Shown in pieces: positions 28,517 to 38,783 of a stretch of DNA of 64,000 bases. The DNA comes from Steroidobacteraceae bacterium (lineage in GTDB: Bacteria > Pseudomonadota > Gammaproteobacteria > Steroidobacterales > Steroidobacteraceae), in NCBI GenBank assembly GCA_050249415.1, contig JBFWQO010000003.1:22814-86813 (forward strand), in the 5' to 3' direction. How positions within the stretch are numbered: the stretch's first letter is position 1; every line of letters begins with the position of its first letter. The notes beneath the pieces were generated by a model. That model did no database searches, was not told the DNA's origin, and was given only the letters and a program-made list of their open reading frames with translations. The position numbers and the translations under genes are program-made.

Positions 28517-30201
28517 TCGTCGACCCTCACTTCGCGCATCATGCCGGCCTCCATGTGGTAGAGGAGGTGGCAGTGGTAGGCCCAGCGCCCGAGTGCGTCG
28601 GCGCGCACACGATAGCTGCGGCGCGTGCCGGGCGGCATGTCGACCGTGTGCTTGCGCAGGTGGAACGCGCCGTGTGCATCCTCCACGTCGCTCCACATGC
28701 CGTGCAGGTGGATCGGGTGAGTCATCATCGTGTCGTTGACCAGCACGATGCGCAGGCGCTCGCCATACTTCAGCCGCACGGGATCCGCGCCCTCGAATTT
28801 CTGGCCGTTGAACGACCAGGCAAACTTTTCCATGTGGCCGGTCAGGTGCAGTTCGAGCTCGCGGCCCGGCTCGCGGCCGTCGGGATCCTCGAACAGGCTC
28901 CGCATCGCGGCATAGGTCAGCACGTTGCGCCCATTGCCGCGCAGGCCGATGCCCGGATCGTCGAGCCTTGGCGCGGGGCTCATCGTCTGCATGTCGACGA
29001 GCGGATTGCCACGTTCCGAGGCTGGATGCGTCACCATGCCCGGCATGTCGTGTCCGCTGTGATCCATCGCACCGTGGTCCATGGCGCCATGGCCCATGTC
29101 GTCCATCGAGAGGATGGGGCGTGGATCGGGCAACGGAACCGGCGCAACCAGACCTTCGCGCAGCGCGAGGGTGCCGCGGGCATAGCCGGTACGGGCCGAG
29201 TCCTGGGCAAAGATCGTCCACGCCTCCTGGCCCGCCGGTTCGACGATCACATCGAATGTCTCTGCCACCGCGATGCGAAACTCGTCGACCGTGACCGGAT
29301 GGATGTACTGTCCGTCGGCCGCCACCACGGTCATCTCGAGGCCCGGAATGCGCACGTCGAAATAGGTCATCGCCGAGCCGTTGATGAAACGCAGCAGCAC
29401 CTTCTCGCCGCGCCCGACGAGCCCCGTCCAGTTGCCGGAGGGCGGCGTGCCGTTCACGAGATACGTGTAGGTGTGCGCATTCACGTCCGACAGGTCGGTC
29501 GGTGTCATGCGCATGCGACCCCAGGCGCCACGATCCGCGAGCGCGCCGGACCACGTGAGCCGCCGCACGTCGGTCGCGAAATCGCCCACGGTGCGCTGGT
29601 AGTAATTGTCGTAGGACGAATCCTTTTTCATGCGCCGGAAGAGGGCGGCGGGATCGCTGTCCGTCCAGTCCGAGAGCAGCACGACATGCTCGCGATCGAA
29701 GCGGTAGGGCGCGCTCGCGCGCGGATCGACGATCAGCGCGCCGTAGAGCCCCGCCTGTTCCTGGAACATCGAGTGGCTGTGATACCAGTAGGTGCCCGCC
29801 TGGCGCACGTCGAAGCGATATACATAGGACTCGCCGGGCGCGATGCCGTCGAAGCTGAGGCCCGGGACGCCGTCCATGTTCGCGGGCAGCACGAGGCCGT
29901 GCCAGTGCAGCGAAGTGTGCGCGCGGGTGAGGGCATTCGAGACGCGCAGCGTGACGGTGTCACCTTCGCGGAAACGGAGCGTGGGCGCCGGCAGGTTGCC
30001 GTTCACCGTGATCGCCGTGCGCTCCCGGCCGGTGAAATTGACGGGCGCCTCGCCGATCGTGAGCCTGAAGTCGGTGCCGCGGAGAACGGGCGCCGGGCCG
30101 CCCGCGAGCGGACGCCCCGATGCGACACGATACGCACCGAGGCCCGCCAGGGCGCCGCCCGCGGCGAGCCCCTGCACAAACCGGCGGCGAAGGATCGACA
30201 T
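28513..30201 (-). CDS. copA: Copper resistance multicopper oxidase CopA (Tat-exported)
   Basis: Twin-arginine leader MSILRRRFVQGLAAGGALAG. Copper sites HWHG, WYHSH, HPIHLHG, HCHLLYHMEAGMM. Met/His-rich insert MDDMGHGAMDHGAMDHSGHDMPGM. Confidence 0.9.
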   Translation of the reverse strand: MSILRRRFVQGLAAGGALAGLGAYRVASGRPLAGGPAPVLRGTDFRLTIGEAPVNFTGRERTAITVNGNLPAPTLRFREGDTVTLRVSNALTRAHTSLHWHGLVLPANMDGVPGLSFDGIAPGESYVYRFDVRQAGTYWYHSHSMFQEQAGLYGALIVDPRASAPYRFDREHVVLLSDWTDSDPAALFRRMKKDSSYDNYYQRTVGDFATDVRRLTWSGALADRGAWGRMRMTPTDLSDVNAHTYTYLVNGTPPSGNWTGLVGRGEKVLLRFINGSAMTYFDVRIPGLEMTVVAADGQYIHPVTVDEFRIAVAETFDVIVEPAGQEAWTIFAQDSARTGYARGTLALREGLVAPVPLPDPRPILSMDDMGHGAMDHGAMDHSGHDMPGMVTHPASERGNPLVDMQTMSPAPRLDDPGIGLRGNGRNVLTYAAMRSLFEDPDGREPGRELELHLTGHMEKFAWSFNGQKFEGADPVRLKYGERLRIVLVNDTMMTHPIHLHGMWSDVEDAHGAFHLRKHTVDMPPGTRRSYRVRADALGRWAYHCHLLYHMEAGMMREVRVDE

Positions 30202-30319
30202 GCCAACTCCATGAAAGCGAGGCGGGACTTTATCACCCCGATGCGCAGCCCGAGGCGCGCACACCGCCGTCCGTCGCAGGCCACTGGCGGCCCGCGTGCA
30301 CCACGCGGATAGTGAGTCG

Positions 30320-31447
30320 ATGAAAACGCGATACAAGGTCCTGGGGGGAATCGTTGCGCTCACCGGTCTGGCAGCCGCGGCGCTCATGGTTTACCTGAGC
30401 CGCGACGCGCCGTGTGCGCCTGCACCCGCACTCGCGGCGGGCGCGACTCCCATGCGGGCGATCAGGTATCGCTGCTATGGCGGTCCCGAGGTGTTGCATG
30501 CGGAGTCGGTCGCGCGCCCGGTGCCCCCGGACGAGGGCGTGCTCGTGCGGGTCCGCGCCGCGTCCGCCAATCCGCTCGACTGGCACTACATGCGCGGCAA
30601 GCCCTACATCATGCGCTCGAGCAGCGGCGCCGGCGCACCGAAGGATCCTGCGTTCGGCGTGGATTTCGCGGGCACGGTAGTGGCCGTGGGGAGCGCGGTC
30701 ACGCGCTTCAAGCCGGGTGATGCAGTCTTCGGCGGGCGCACCGGCGCCTTCGGCGAATACGTGGTCGTGCGCGAGACCCGCGCGATCGTCGCGAAGCCGG
30801 CCAACGTGAGCTTCGAGCAGGCGGCGGCGGTGCCGGTCGCGGGTGTCACGGCGCTGCAGGCCCTGCGCGACAAGGGGGGATTGAAGCCCGGGCAGAAGGT
30901 GTTGATCAACGGTGCGTCGGGTGGCGTCGGCACGTTTGCCGTGCAGATCGCGAAGGTCCTGGGAGCGCGCGTGACCGGCGTCTGCAGTACCCGCAATGTC
31001 GAACTCGTGCGCTCACTCGGCGCCGACGAGGTGATCGACTACACGAAGGACGATTTCACGAAGCGCACCGGGCAATACGACCTCATCGTCGACATGGTGT
31101 CGAGCCACCCGCTGCGCGCGACGCTGAGTGCGCTGAAGCCCGACGGGGTACTCGTCATCGTCGGCTCCAATGACAAGGGGAACTTCCTCGGGCCGCTGAA
31201 GCGCAGCTTGCGGGCGATACTGCTCGCACCGTTCGTGAGCCGGCGCATTGAAAATCTGATGGCGGACCTCGACCCCGAAGACCTCGATTACCTCGCTGGA
31301 CTGATGCGCGCCGGAGCGCTCACCCCGGTCATCGATCGCCGGTTCACCCTCGAACAGGTTCCCGATGCGATGGCCTATCTCGAAACCGGGCGGGCGCGGG
31401 GGAAGGTTGTCGTCGGTATCGATGCAGGAGCGACCCCGGGCGGCTAG
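30320..31447 (+). CDS. Medium-chain dehydrogenase/reductase (quinone oxidoreductase / Zn-ADH superfamily) with N-terminal membrane anchor
   Basis: VLINGASGGVGTFAVQIAK nucleotide-binding motif. C-terminal GRARGKVVV. Start uncertain (30296 or 30320). Confidence 0.75.
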   Translation: MKTRYKVLGGIVALTGLAAAALMVYLSRDAPCAPAPALAAGATPMRAIRYRCYGGPEVLHAESVARPVPPDEGVLVRVRAASANPLDWHYMRGKPYIMRSSSGAGAPKDPAFGVDFAGTVVAVGSAVTRFKPGDAVFGGRTGAFGEYVVVRETRAIVAKPANVSFEQAAAVPVAGVTALQALRDKGGLKPGQKVLINGASGGVGTFAVQIAKVLGARVTGVCSTRNVELVRSLGADEVIDYTKDDFTKRTGQYDLIVDMVSSHPLRATLSALKPDGVLVIVGSNDKGNFLGPLKRSLRAILLAPFVSRRIENLMADLDPEDLDYLAGLMRAGALTPVIDRRFTLEQVPDAMAYLETGRARGKVVVGIDAGATPGG

Positions 31448-31480
31448 CGCGGCCTGCACCCGGTATGCTCTGATGGGGCG

Positions 31481-32293
31481 ATGACGGGAAGCGGAGCGGA
31501 CATCGAGTTGCACGGCGCGGTCTGGATGGCCGTCGGGGGCGAAAGCCTCGGCGGCGCCGGCCGCATGACACTGCTCGCGCAGATCGCCGAAAGCGGGTCC
31601 ATCACGCGCGCGGCCAAGGCGGTCGGCATGAGCTACAAGGCCGCCTGGGACGCGGTCGACAGCATGAACAATCTCGCCGGCGAACCTCTCGTCGAGCGCG
31701 TCGCCGGCGGGAAGGGCGGTGGTGGCACGCGATTGACTCCGAGGGGCGAGCGCTTGATCGCCAACTTCCGGCTCATCGAGCAGGAGCATCGACGTTACCT
31801 CGGCTCGCTCGGCCGCCAGTCCGCGGGCATCGCCGACGACTACCTCTTGATCAGGAGAATGGCGATGAAAACGAGTGCGCGAAACCAGTTCTTCGGCAAA
31901 GTCCGGCAGGTGACGCAGGGTGCCGTCAACGACGAGATCGAACTCGAAGTGGCCGGCGGGCAGCGCATCATCGCCGTGGTCACACGCGCGAGCTCGCAGG
32001 ACCTCGGCCTGCGCGTCGGCACCGAGGCCTGTGCGCTCATCAAGTCCTCATCGGTCATCCTCGTCGCGGACGATCACGACGCACGCTTCTCGGCCCGCAA
32101 CCGGCTCGCCGGCACGATCTCCCGTGTCCAGCCCGGTGCCGTCAACACCGAGGTCGTGGTGGACCTGCCGGGCGGCACGTCGATCGTCGCGGTCGTGACG
32201 AATGAGAGCAGCCGCACGCTCGGTCTCGCGGCGGGCGGGCAGGCGACGGCCATATTCAAGGCGTCGAGTGTCATCGTCGCGATTCCCGCGTAG
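31481..32293 (+). CDS. modE: Molybdate-dependent transcriptional regulator ModE (HTH plus two Mop/TOBE domains)
   Basis: LLAQIAESGSITRAAKAVGMSYKAAWDAVDSMNNLAGEPLVERVAGGKGGGGTRLTPRG. Two SARNQ/SARNR-containing TOBE repeats. Confidence 0.85.
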   Translation: MTGSGADIELHGAVWMAVGGESLGGAGRMTLLAQIAESGSITRAAKAVGMSYKAAWDAVDSMNNLAGEPLVERVAGGKGGGGTRLTPRGERLIANFRLIEQEHRRYLGSLGRQSAGIADDYLLIRRMAMKTSARNQFFGKVRQVTQGAVNDEIELEVAGGQRIIAVVTRASSQDLGLRVGTEACALIKSSSVILVADDHDARFSARNRLAGTISRVQPGAVNTEVVVDLPGGTSIVAVVTNESSRTLGLAAGGQATAIFKASSVIVAIPA

Positions 32294-32321
32294 GCGCGCC
32301 TGTCGCGCAGCTGCGCGCCGA

Positions 32322-32867
32322 TCAGTCGACGATCTTTCGCACCTCGACATTCCGCAGCCACTTGACGTGCCGCGGGCCGGTGCGGATATCCGCGGTGGAC
32401 ACGAGCGCGATGCGGCCTTCGTCGTCGGGGAGCGGCATGCCATTGCGCTCGAAGAATACGACCACGCCGTCGCCGACGGGTGAGTTGAACAGCTCGCTCC
32501 AGGAGAACACGACCTTGTAGCCGTCGCTCGCGGTCGCGATGATGGCCATCTTCTTCACGTCGTTGTGACCCGATGCGACGACCACTGCCGATTCCAGCAA
32601 ATCACGCAGGCGGACACCGCGGATATTCTCGAGCTTGTCCCTGCCCGCCCCGGACTGGCAGATCAGGGGAACCTCGTGAATCCGGTGTGACGGCAGGCGC
32701 GCGAGATCCGCAACCGTCAGGTCGAGCGGGTGCTCCACGGCACCGGTGACGCTGATCCTCGTGGTGACGAATTCATTTCCGTCAGCGCTCGCGTCTGCGA
32801 TAGCCGATGCGGCCGTGGTGCAGAGCGCGACCATTGCCAGGGCGATGCGTAGACCTGTCGATTTCAT
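32322..32867 (-). CDS. Secreted small protein resembling the molybdopterin-binding domain of sulfite-oxidase-family oxidoreductases
   Basis: Signal peptide MKSTGLRIALAMVALCTTAASAIA. HPLDLTVADLARLP, LICQSGAG, GYKVVFSWSEL, and RHVKWLRNVEV near the end. 35 nt downstream of the TonB receptor gene on the same strand. Confidence 0.6.
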   Translation of the reverse strand: MKSTGLRIALAMVALCTTAASAIADASADGNEFVTTRISVTGAVEHPLDLTVADLARLPSHRIHEVPLICQSGAGRDKLENIRGVRLRDLLESAVVVASGHNDVKKMAIIATASDGYKVVFSWSELFNSPVGDGVVVFFERNGMPLPDDEGRIALVSTADIRTGPRHVKWLRNVEVRKIVD

Positions 32868-32901
32868 GCCTCTCGACTCCTGTGTGGTGAGCGTGAATGC
32901 T

Positions 32902-34896
32902 TCAGAATTGCCAGCCGGCGTTGACGAACCAGCGGCGACCGGCGGCCGGAAAGCCGTCGGCCAGCGCGTAGTCCTTGTCGGCGAGATTGGCGACGCCGGC
33001 CTCGAACGACATGCCCTCGCGCGGCTTCGCCGACACCGTGAGGTCGAACGTCGTGAAGCCGGGTAGTTCGACGGTACTGGATGCCCAGCGCGCGCCGTCG
33101 TGCTCGACGAACAGCAGCACATCGAGGTATCGGGCCGCGTGCCACAGGGCGTGGGCCGTGAACTTGTGCTCCGGTACATCCGTCAGGCGAGTCGTCGGGT
33201 CGCTGCGGTTCTCGAGATCGGTGAACGTGTAGCGGCCGCCGACCTCGAGTTGCGCGGCCAGATCCGCACGCAGTCCCAGCTCGACGCCAGATGCGCGAAC
33301 CTGGCCGATGTTCTGTATCTGCGACAGGGTGCCGGACACATTGCGCACCGTCTGGATCCGGTCGGAAATATCACTGAAGAAGGCGGCGGCTTCGGCTTCA
33401 CCACCGGCCCAAGGCGTGCCTCGATAGCCGATCTCGTAGTTCACCGATCGCTCGGCGCGCAGGGCTGGGTTCTCGATGTACGTACCGAGGCGCTGTGAAT
33501 AGCGGTCCTTGAGTGTCGGCAGGCGCGACTTGCGCGCAATGGTCGCGTAGAAGCGCGTCACCGTGGATGCGTCATGGAAGAGCCCGACCTGGGCGTCGGT
33601 CGCGGTTTGCCTGCCGGGCAAGGAGTACGGATTGCCGAGGCTGAACACCGTGTCCGGGCGCAGTTCATGGCGCGCGACACCGAGCGACAGGGCCGTGTTC
33701 GCCGTAAAACGGATGTTGTCCTCCACGCCGACGGACAGCCACCGGTCGACGAAATTCGTGTTCTCGAGGCCGTTGGCGTCGAACTCCTCGTGTTCGTCGT
33801 CCTTGTAGTGGCCCACGATGCGCAATGCATGCGCGGCGAAACGCCGCGACTCGAGTGCGACCGAGCCGCCGGAGGTGCGATCCTTGTAGATACTGCGGCC
33901 GGTGCCGACGCTTCCCCGGCCACTCGTACGCAGCGTCGTGTACGTGTCGTTCGTGTAGGAATTCACTTCATTGTCGAAGCGGTCGTGGTACAGGCGCACG
34001 CTGAGCGATGCCGACTGGCCCAGCGTCGTTCGCGAAACGAAGTACAGGCTTTGCTTGTCCCAATAGGGCCAGCGCCAATAGCGGGCAACCGCGGGGTCGG
34101 TGGAGGGCGGTTGCCCCTTTTCTCCGTCCTGCCGGTAATAGCTGACGGCGTATTCGTCGCCCTCCCGGGGCGTGATACCGAGCTTGAGCGAAACCTTGCG
34201 GTCCTCGCGACAATCGTTGTTGCGCTGCCCGCCGTTCTCCGTGGCGGTCGGACGAAAACCCGACGACAACGACATGCCGTCGGCCTCGAGCCAGGACACG
34301 CCGCCTTGCAGGTACCACGGCCCCTGATTGCTGCCAAGATTGCCCGATGTCTTGCGCTCCTGCCCGGATCCGAACCCGACGGCCACATCGCCTTCGACGG
34401 CATCGACGGGCTTGCGCGAAACGAGATTGATCGCCCCGCCGAGCGTATTGGCGCCATAGGCGACGGAGCTGAAGCCCTTGGCGACCTGGATCGCGGCCAG
34501 ATCCGCGGTCGTGAAGCGGTTGAAGTCGACGTAGCCGTCGTAGGGGACGTACACGGGAATGCCGTCGATGAACAACGGCACCTGGCGGGCATCGAAGCCG
34601 CGAACCGAGATCATCGCCTCGTTGCGTGAATTGGTGGACAGCGTGACGCCGGACAGCAGGTTGAGTGCCGTGCCGATGTTGTCCCGGTTGAAGAGGCGAA
34701 TCTCGTCCTGGCCGATCCACGACGCGACCGGATCTTCGGCGAATTCACCCGCCCGAATGCGTTCGGCGACTACGGTGATCGTCCCGAGCGCGAACGGTTC
34801 CGCGCCGCTGGATTGCGCCTGCGCCACGAGCGGCATCGAACCCAGCGCCAGTGTGATGATTGTTCCCAAGCGCAGAGCGCCCCCCGCATGATTCAT
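32902..34896 (-). CDS. TonB-dependent outer-membrane receptor
   Basis: Signal peptide, plug domain (ISVRGFDARQVPLFIDGIPVY), long beta-barrel, C-terminal ...RRWFVNAGWQF. SD GGGAG 5 nt before the ATG at 34896. Confidence 0.9.
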   Translation of the reverse strand: MNHAGGALRLGTIITLALGSMPLVAQAQSSGAEPFALGTITVVAERIRAGEFAEDPVASWIGQDEIRLFNRDNIGTALNLLSGVTLSTNSRNEAMISVRGFDARQVPLFIDGIPVYVPYDGYVDFNRFTTADLAAIQVAKGFSSVAYGANTLGGAINLVSRKPVDAVEGDVAVGFGSGQERKTSGNLGSNQGPWYLQGGVSWLEADGMSLSSGFRPTATENGGQRNNDCREDRKVSLKLGITPREGDEYAVSYYRQDGEKGQPPSTDPAVARYWRWPYWDKQSLYFVSRTTLGQSASLSVRLYHDRFDNEVNSYTNDTYTTLRTSGRGSVGTGRSIYKDRTSGGSVALESRRFAAHALRIVGHYKDDEHEEFDANGLENTNFVDRWLSVGVEDNIRFTANTALSLGVARHELRPDTVFSLGNPYSLPGRQTATDAQVGLFHDASTVTRFYATIARKSRLPTLKDRYSQRLGTYIENPALRAERSVNYEIGYRGTPWAGGEAEAAAFFSDISDRIQTVRNVSGTLSQIQNIGQVRASGVELGLRADLAAQLEVGGRYTFTDLENRSDPTTRLTDVPEHKFTAHALWHAARYLDVLLFVEHDGARWASSTVELPGFTTFDLTVSAKPREGMSFEAGVANLADKDYALADGFPAAGRRWFVNAGWQF

Positions 34897-34940
34897 CGGC
34901 TCCCTTTCTTCGAATCGTTGAATGGCCCGTGAGGAGGGCT

Positions 34941-34964
34941 CGTAATATACAGTCGTATATAACG
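34941..34964 (-). promoter_or_regulatory. Candidate ModE operator upstream of the TonB-dependent receptor
   Basis: The minus strand reads CGTTATATA-CGACTG-TATATTACG, 45-68 nt upstream of the receptor ATG. One mismatch to the recalled ModE consensus CGnTATATA-N6-TATATAnCG. Confidence 0.6.
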
Positions 34965-35123
34965 ATAGTGGAGCCGGACTGCGGCGATATTGATCTGTGT
35001 CAGACCCGCCGGACCTCGACCCGCGTGCGCTGCCTGGCAGAGACCCCACACGATCGATGCGGCTGGCTCGGGACCAAGCCGTTCGCTCTACTTCGCATAA
35101 TGTATATTATGTTAAATTCCATT

Positions 35124-35163
35124 CATAAATAAGGGGCCGCCGACCGGAAATGGCCAGCGGCCC
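35124..35163 (-). terminator. Probable intrinsic terminator of yceI
   Basis: GGGCCGC...GCGGCCC stem with additional inner pairs. On the minus strand it is followed by the U-rich CTTATTTAT. 31 nt after the yceI stop. Confidence 0.5.
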
Positions 35164-35193
35164 TGAGAAGCAGCCGCACCTGTATCGCGTGCG

Positions 35194-35784
35194 TCAGTCC
35201 TGGCGGTTTGCCTCGACCTGGATCTGCAGCTCGACTTCCTGCTTGAAGCCGTAGGCGGCGCCATAGCTGATCCCGAAGTCGCTGCGATTGAACTCGGCCG
35301 ATGCATCCGCACCACACACTTCCTTTTTCGACGCCGGATGCGGCTTGCACAGGAACTCGTCGATCTCGAGCGTCAGCGGTCTGGTTACGCCGTGCAGCGT
35401 CAGCGTGCCGACCACCTTCCCCGGCTTGCCGTCCTCGAAATCGGCGAGCGTGCCCTTGTAGACCGCCGTCGGGTATTTCGCGACATCGAACATGTCGGGG
35501 CCCTTGGCATGCTCGTTGAGTTCGTCGTTGCCGAAGTCGATCGACGCGGCGTCGACCGTTATCTCCACGGTACCGGTCTTCGCTGCCTGGTCCATCACGA
35601 TCGTGCCGGAGGCCTTGTTGAACTTGCCGCGCCAGACCGACAGGCCACCCATGTGGTCCGCCTCGAAGCTCGGGTGCGTGTGGTTCGGGTCGATCTGGTA
35701 GGTCACCGGCCCGGCATAGGCCGTCGCCAGCAACAACGCGAACACACTGCCGCCCAGTGCGGCCTTCCGTGACGATACTTGCAT
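35194..35784 (-). CDS. yceI: YceI-family periplasmic (polyisoprenoid-binding) protein
   Basis: Signal peptide. [29 protein letters not shown]. About 196 aa after trimming to MQVSSRK. Confidence 0.85.
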   Translation of the reverse strand: MQVSSRKAALGGSVFALLLATAYAGPVTYQIDPNHTHPSFEADHMGGLSVWRGKFNKASGTIVMDQAAKTGTVEITVDAASIDFGNDELNEHAKGPDMFDVAKYPTAVYKGTLADFEDGKPGKVVGTLTLHGVTRPLTLEIDEFLCKPHPASKKEVCGADASAEFNRSDFGISYGAAYGFKQEVELQIQVEANRQD

Positions 35785-35852
35785 GCAAACCTCCTCGTTT
35801 GACTTCGTTTCGCGCGGGCTGCCGCGCAGGCTACCGGAGATCACGGGCAACT

Positions 35853-36731
35853 TCACGTGAAGCGCCCGGAACTGTAGTCGTCGACGGCCTGCACGATCTG
35901 TGCCCGCGTGTTCATGACGAACGGCCCGTATTTCACCACCGGTTCACCGAGCGGCCTGCCTGCGACCAGGATGAAGCGCGCCGCTGCCACAGGCGTTGCA
36001 ACCCGTACGCGATCGCCAGGCGCGAGCACCGCGAGATCGCCTCGCACCACGTCCGCATCCCGGTCGCCAACCCGAGCCTGGCCTTCGAAGACGTAGAGGA
36101 ACGCATTGTGGTCCGCCGGCAGCGCGTGCTCGAAGCTCGCGCCCTTCGGCAGCGCAACGTCGAAGTACAACGGGTCGATCGCGATGCCGGAGACCGGGCC
36201 GCGTGTGACGGTGCCATCCGCGTCGATATGCTCGCCGGCGATCACGCGCACCTCGGCACCACCCGCCGCGCGCACGAGCGGGATACGCTCGGGCGCGATG
36301 TCCTGGTAGCGCGGCGCCGTCATCTTGTCCTTCGCGGGCAGGTTCACCCACAGCTGGAAGCCGCGCATGCGGCCCTCGTCCTGTTCGGGCATTTCCGAGT
36401 GGACGATGCCGCGGCCGGCCGTCATCCACTGCACGCTGCCCGCGACGAGCAGGCCCTCGTTGCCCTGGTTGTCGCGATGGCGCATGCGCCCCTCGAGCAT
36501 GTAGGTCACGGTCTCGAAGCCGCGATGCGGGTGGCTCGGAAAGCCGCCGATGTAGTCGGCCGACGAATCCGAACCGAACTCGTCGAGCAGCAGGAACGGA
36601 TCGAGATCGCCGAGCGCGCGCCCGCCGATCACGCGCGTCAGCTTGACGCCGTCGCCGTCGCTGGTCGCCTGGCCGCGCACGAGCTGCATGACTTCGCGCG
36701 TCCCCGAGACAGTCTGGTTGAGGTTTTTCAT
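35853..36731 (-). CDS. Pirin-family protein
   Basis: [19 protein letters not shown]...[15 protein letters not shown]. 292 aa. Only the 3' part of ORF 35853..37679 is supported. Confidence 0.9.
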   Translation of the reverse strand: MKNLNQTVSGTREVMQLVRGQATSDGDGVKLTRVIGGRALGDLDPFLLLDEFGSDSSADYIGGFPSHPHRGFETVTYMLEGRMRHRDNQGNEGLLVAGSVQWMTAGRGIVHSEMPEQDEGRMRGFQLWVNLPAKDKMTAPRYQDIAPERIPLVRAAGGAEVRVIAGEHIDADGTVTRGPVSGIAIDPLYFDVALPKGASFEHALPADHNAFLYVFEGQARVGDRDADVVRGDLAVLAPGDRVRVATPVAAARFILVAGRPLGEPVVKYGPFVMNTRAQIVQAVDDYSSGRFT

Positions 36732-36789
36732 GGGGCGCAATGTAGCGCCCGGCACCACGCCTGCCAGCCCCCTGCAACCGAAACCGCTG

Positions 36790-36804
36790 TTCGGTAGTAT
36801 CGAA
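36790..36804. promoter_or_regulatory. Possible LysR-type box (T-N11-A dyad) in the pirin/LysR divergent region
   Basis: TTCGGTAGTATCGAA (TTCG-N7-CGAA dyad). Lies between the pirin start (36731) and the LysR start (36807). Confidence 0.3.
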
Positions 36805-36806
36805 CG

Positions 36807-37742
36807 ATGGAGTACAGGCTGGAGGACATCGAGACGTTCCTTGCGGTCGTCGAGGCCGGCAGCGTCAGCGCCGGTGCGCTGCGCCTGAATCTCGCCAAGT
36901 CGGTAGTCAGCGAGCGTATTGCGCGCCTCGAGCGCGCGCTCGGCGCGACGCTCCTGCACCGGTCCGCGCAGGGGGTTTCGACCACCGATCGCGGCGTCGA
37001 GTTCTACCAGCGCGCCCGCGCGGTCCTCGAGCAGCTCGACGCAGCCGCCGAGGCCGTCACCGAAGACGAAGGCGCCCTCGCCGGCCTGCTGCGCATCGCG
37101 GCCCCGATGAGCTTCGGTGCGCGCTGGCTGGGACCCGCCCTCTTCCCGCTCCTGCGCGAACACCCGCAACTGTCGGTGGCACTCGATCTCGACGACCGGC
37201 GGGTCGACCTGCTCGCGGGCGGGTACGACCTCGGCATCCGCTCCGGGAGACTCGCCGACTCGAGCCTCGTCGCGAAGCGCCTGGGTCGTGCGCGCGCGAT
37301 CGTCTGCGCGAGTCCCGACTACGTCGCGGCGCACGGCACGCCGGCGACGCTGCAGGAGTTGTCTGCGCACTCGACGATCGGCTACTCGTTGCTGCCGGCC
37401 GATCAGGCCTGGCAGTTCGAGCCTGCGCACAAGGACGGCGAACCCCGGACCGTGAGTACGCGCTGCCGCATCGTGATCAACAACGGCGAGGCGATGCGCG
37501 AGGCGGCGATCGCGGGTCTCGGGCTCGTGCTGCTGCCGAGCTTCATCGTCCACGATGCATTGCGCGCCGGCCGGCTGGTCGATGCGGCGCCCGCGCTGCG
37601 CCCGCTCGGCGTGCAGGTGTGGGCGATGTACCCGCACTCGCGCCACCCTTCGCGCAAGGTGCGCGTGATCATCGAACACCTGCGCCGCGCGTTTCGCGAC
37701 GGCGCGGTGTGGGACGAGCTGTCGCCCCGCGAACCGCGCTAG
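36807..37742 (+). CDS. LysR-family transcriptional regulator
   Basis: [42 protein letters not shown]. Divergent from the pirin gene. Confidence 0.85.
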   Translation: MEYRLEDIETFLAVVEAGSVSAGALRLNLAKSVVSERIARLERALGATLLHRSAQGVSTTDRGVEFYQRARAVLEQLDAAAEAVTEDEGALAGLLRIAAPMSFGARWLGPALFPLLREHPQLSVALDLDDRRVDLLAGGYDLGIRSGRLADSSLVAKRLGRARAIVCASPDYVAAHGTPATLQELSAHSTIGYSLLPADQAWQFEPAHKDGEPRTVSTRCRIVINNGEAMREAAIAGLGLVLLPSFIVHDALRAGRLVDAAPALRPLGVQVWAMYPHSRHPSRKVRVIIEHLRRAFRDGAVWDELSPREPR

Positions 37743-38770
37743 TTCCCGCCCCAGTCGAGGATCACCTTGCCCGACTGGCCCGATCCCATGATCTCGAAGC
37801 CGTCACGAAAATCCGCGATCGGCAGGCGGTGCGTGATGACGGGGCGGATATCGAGGCCGCTCTGCAGCATGCTCGCCATCTTGTACCATGTTTCGAACAT
37901 CTCGCGGCCGTAGACGCCCTTCAGCATGAGGCCCTTGAAGATCACCTGGTCCCAGTCGATACCGGTGCCTTCCGGCATGATGCCGAGCATCGCGATGCTG
38001 CCCCCATGGTGCATCGTGCGCAGCAGGTCGCGGAACGCCGCCGGATTGCCCGACATTTCCATGCCGACGTCGAATCCCTCCGCCATGCCGAGGGACTGCA
38101 TCGCCGTATCGAGCGGCTCGCGCGAGACGTTGACGATGCGCGACGCGCCGAGGCGCCTGGCGAGGTCGAGGCGGTAATCGTTGACGTCGGTGACGACGAC
38201 GTGGCGGGCGCCGGCGAAGCGGGCGATCGCGACCGCCATGATGCCGATCGGGCCGGCACCGGTGATCAGCACGTCCTCGCCCACGACGCCGAACGACAGC
38301 GCAGTGTGCGTCGCGTTGCCGAACGGATCGAGAACCGCAGCGATTTCGTCGTCGATCGCATCCGGCAACCTGAAGACGTTGCTCGCGGGCAGCGACATAT
38401 ACTCGGCGAAACACCCCTGCCGATTGACGCCGACCCCGACCGTGTTGCGGCACAGGTGACGGCGCCCGGCACGGCAATTGCGGCAATAGCCGCAAGTCAG
38501 GTGGCCTTCGCCGGAAACACGATCGCCGACGGTGAATCCGCGCACTTCGCTGCCCATCGCGACGATCTCGCCCGCATATTCATGGCCGACCGCCATCGGC
38601 ACGCGGATCGTGCGCCGCGCCCAATCGTCCCATTTGTAGATGTGCATGTCCGTGCCGCAGATCGCGGTCTTGCGCATGCGGATCAGCACGTCGTTGTGCC
38701 CGATCGTGGGCTCCGGAATATCCTGCATCCAGATGCCGGGCTCGGCCTTGGCCTTTACGAGCGCTCTCAT
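37739..38770 (-). CDS. tdh: L-threonine 3-dehydrogenase
   Basis: [45 protein letters not shown]..., [22 protein letters not shown]. 343 aa after trimming. Confidence 0.9.
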   Translation of the reverse strand: MRALVKAKAEPGIWMQDIPEPTIGHNDVLIRMRKTAICGTDMHIYKWDDWARRTIRVPMAVGHEYAGEIVAMGSEVRGFTVGDRVSGEGHLTCGYCRNCRAGRRHLCRNTVGVGVNRQGCFAEYMSLPASNVFRLPDAIDDEIAAVLDPFGNATHTALSFGVVGEDVLITGAGPIGIMAVAIARFAGARHVVVTDVNDYRLDLARRLGASRIVNVSREPLDTAMQSLGMAEGFDVGMEMSGNPAAFRDLLRTMHHGGSIAMLGIMPEGTGIDWDQVIFKGLMLKGVYGREMFETWYKMASMLQSGLDIRPVITHRLPIADFRDGFEIMGSGQSGKVILDWGGN

Positions 38771-38783
38771 GCGATCATTATGC

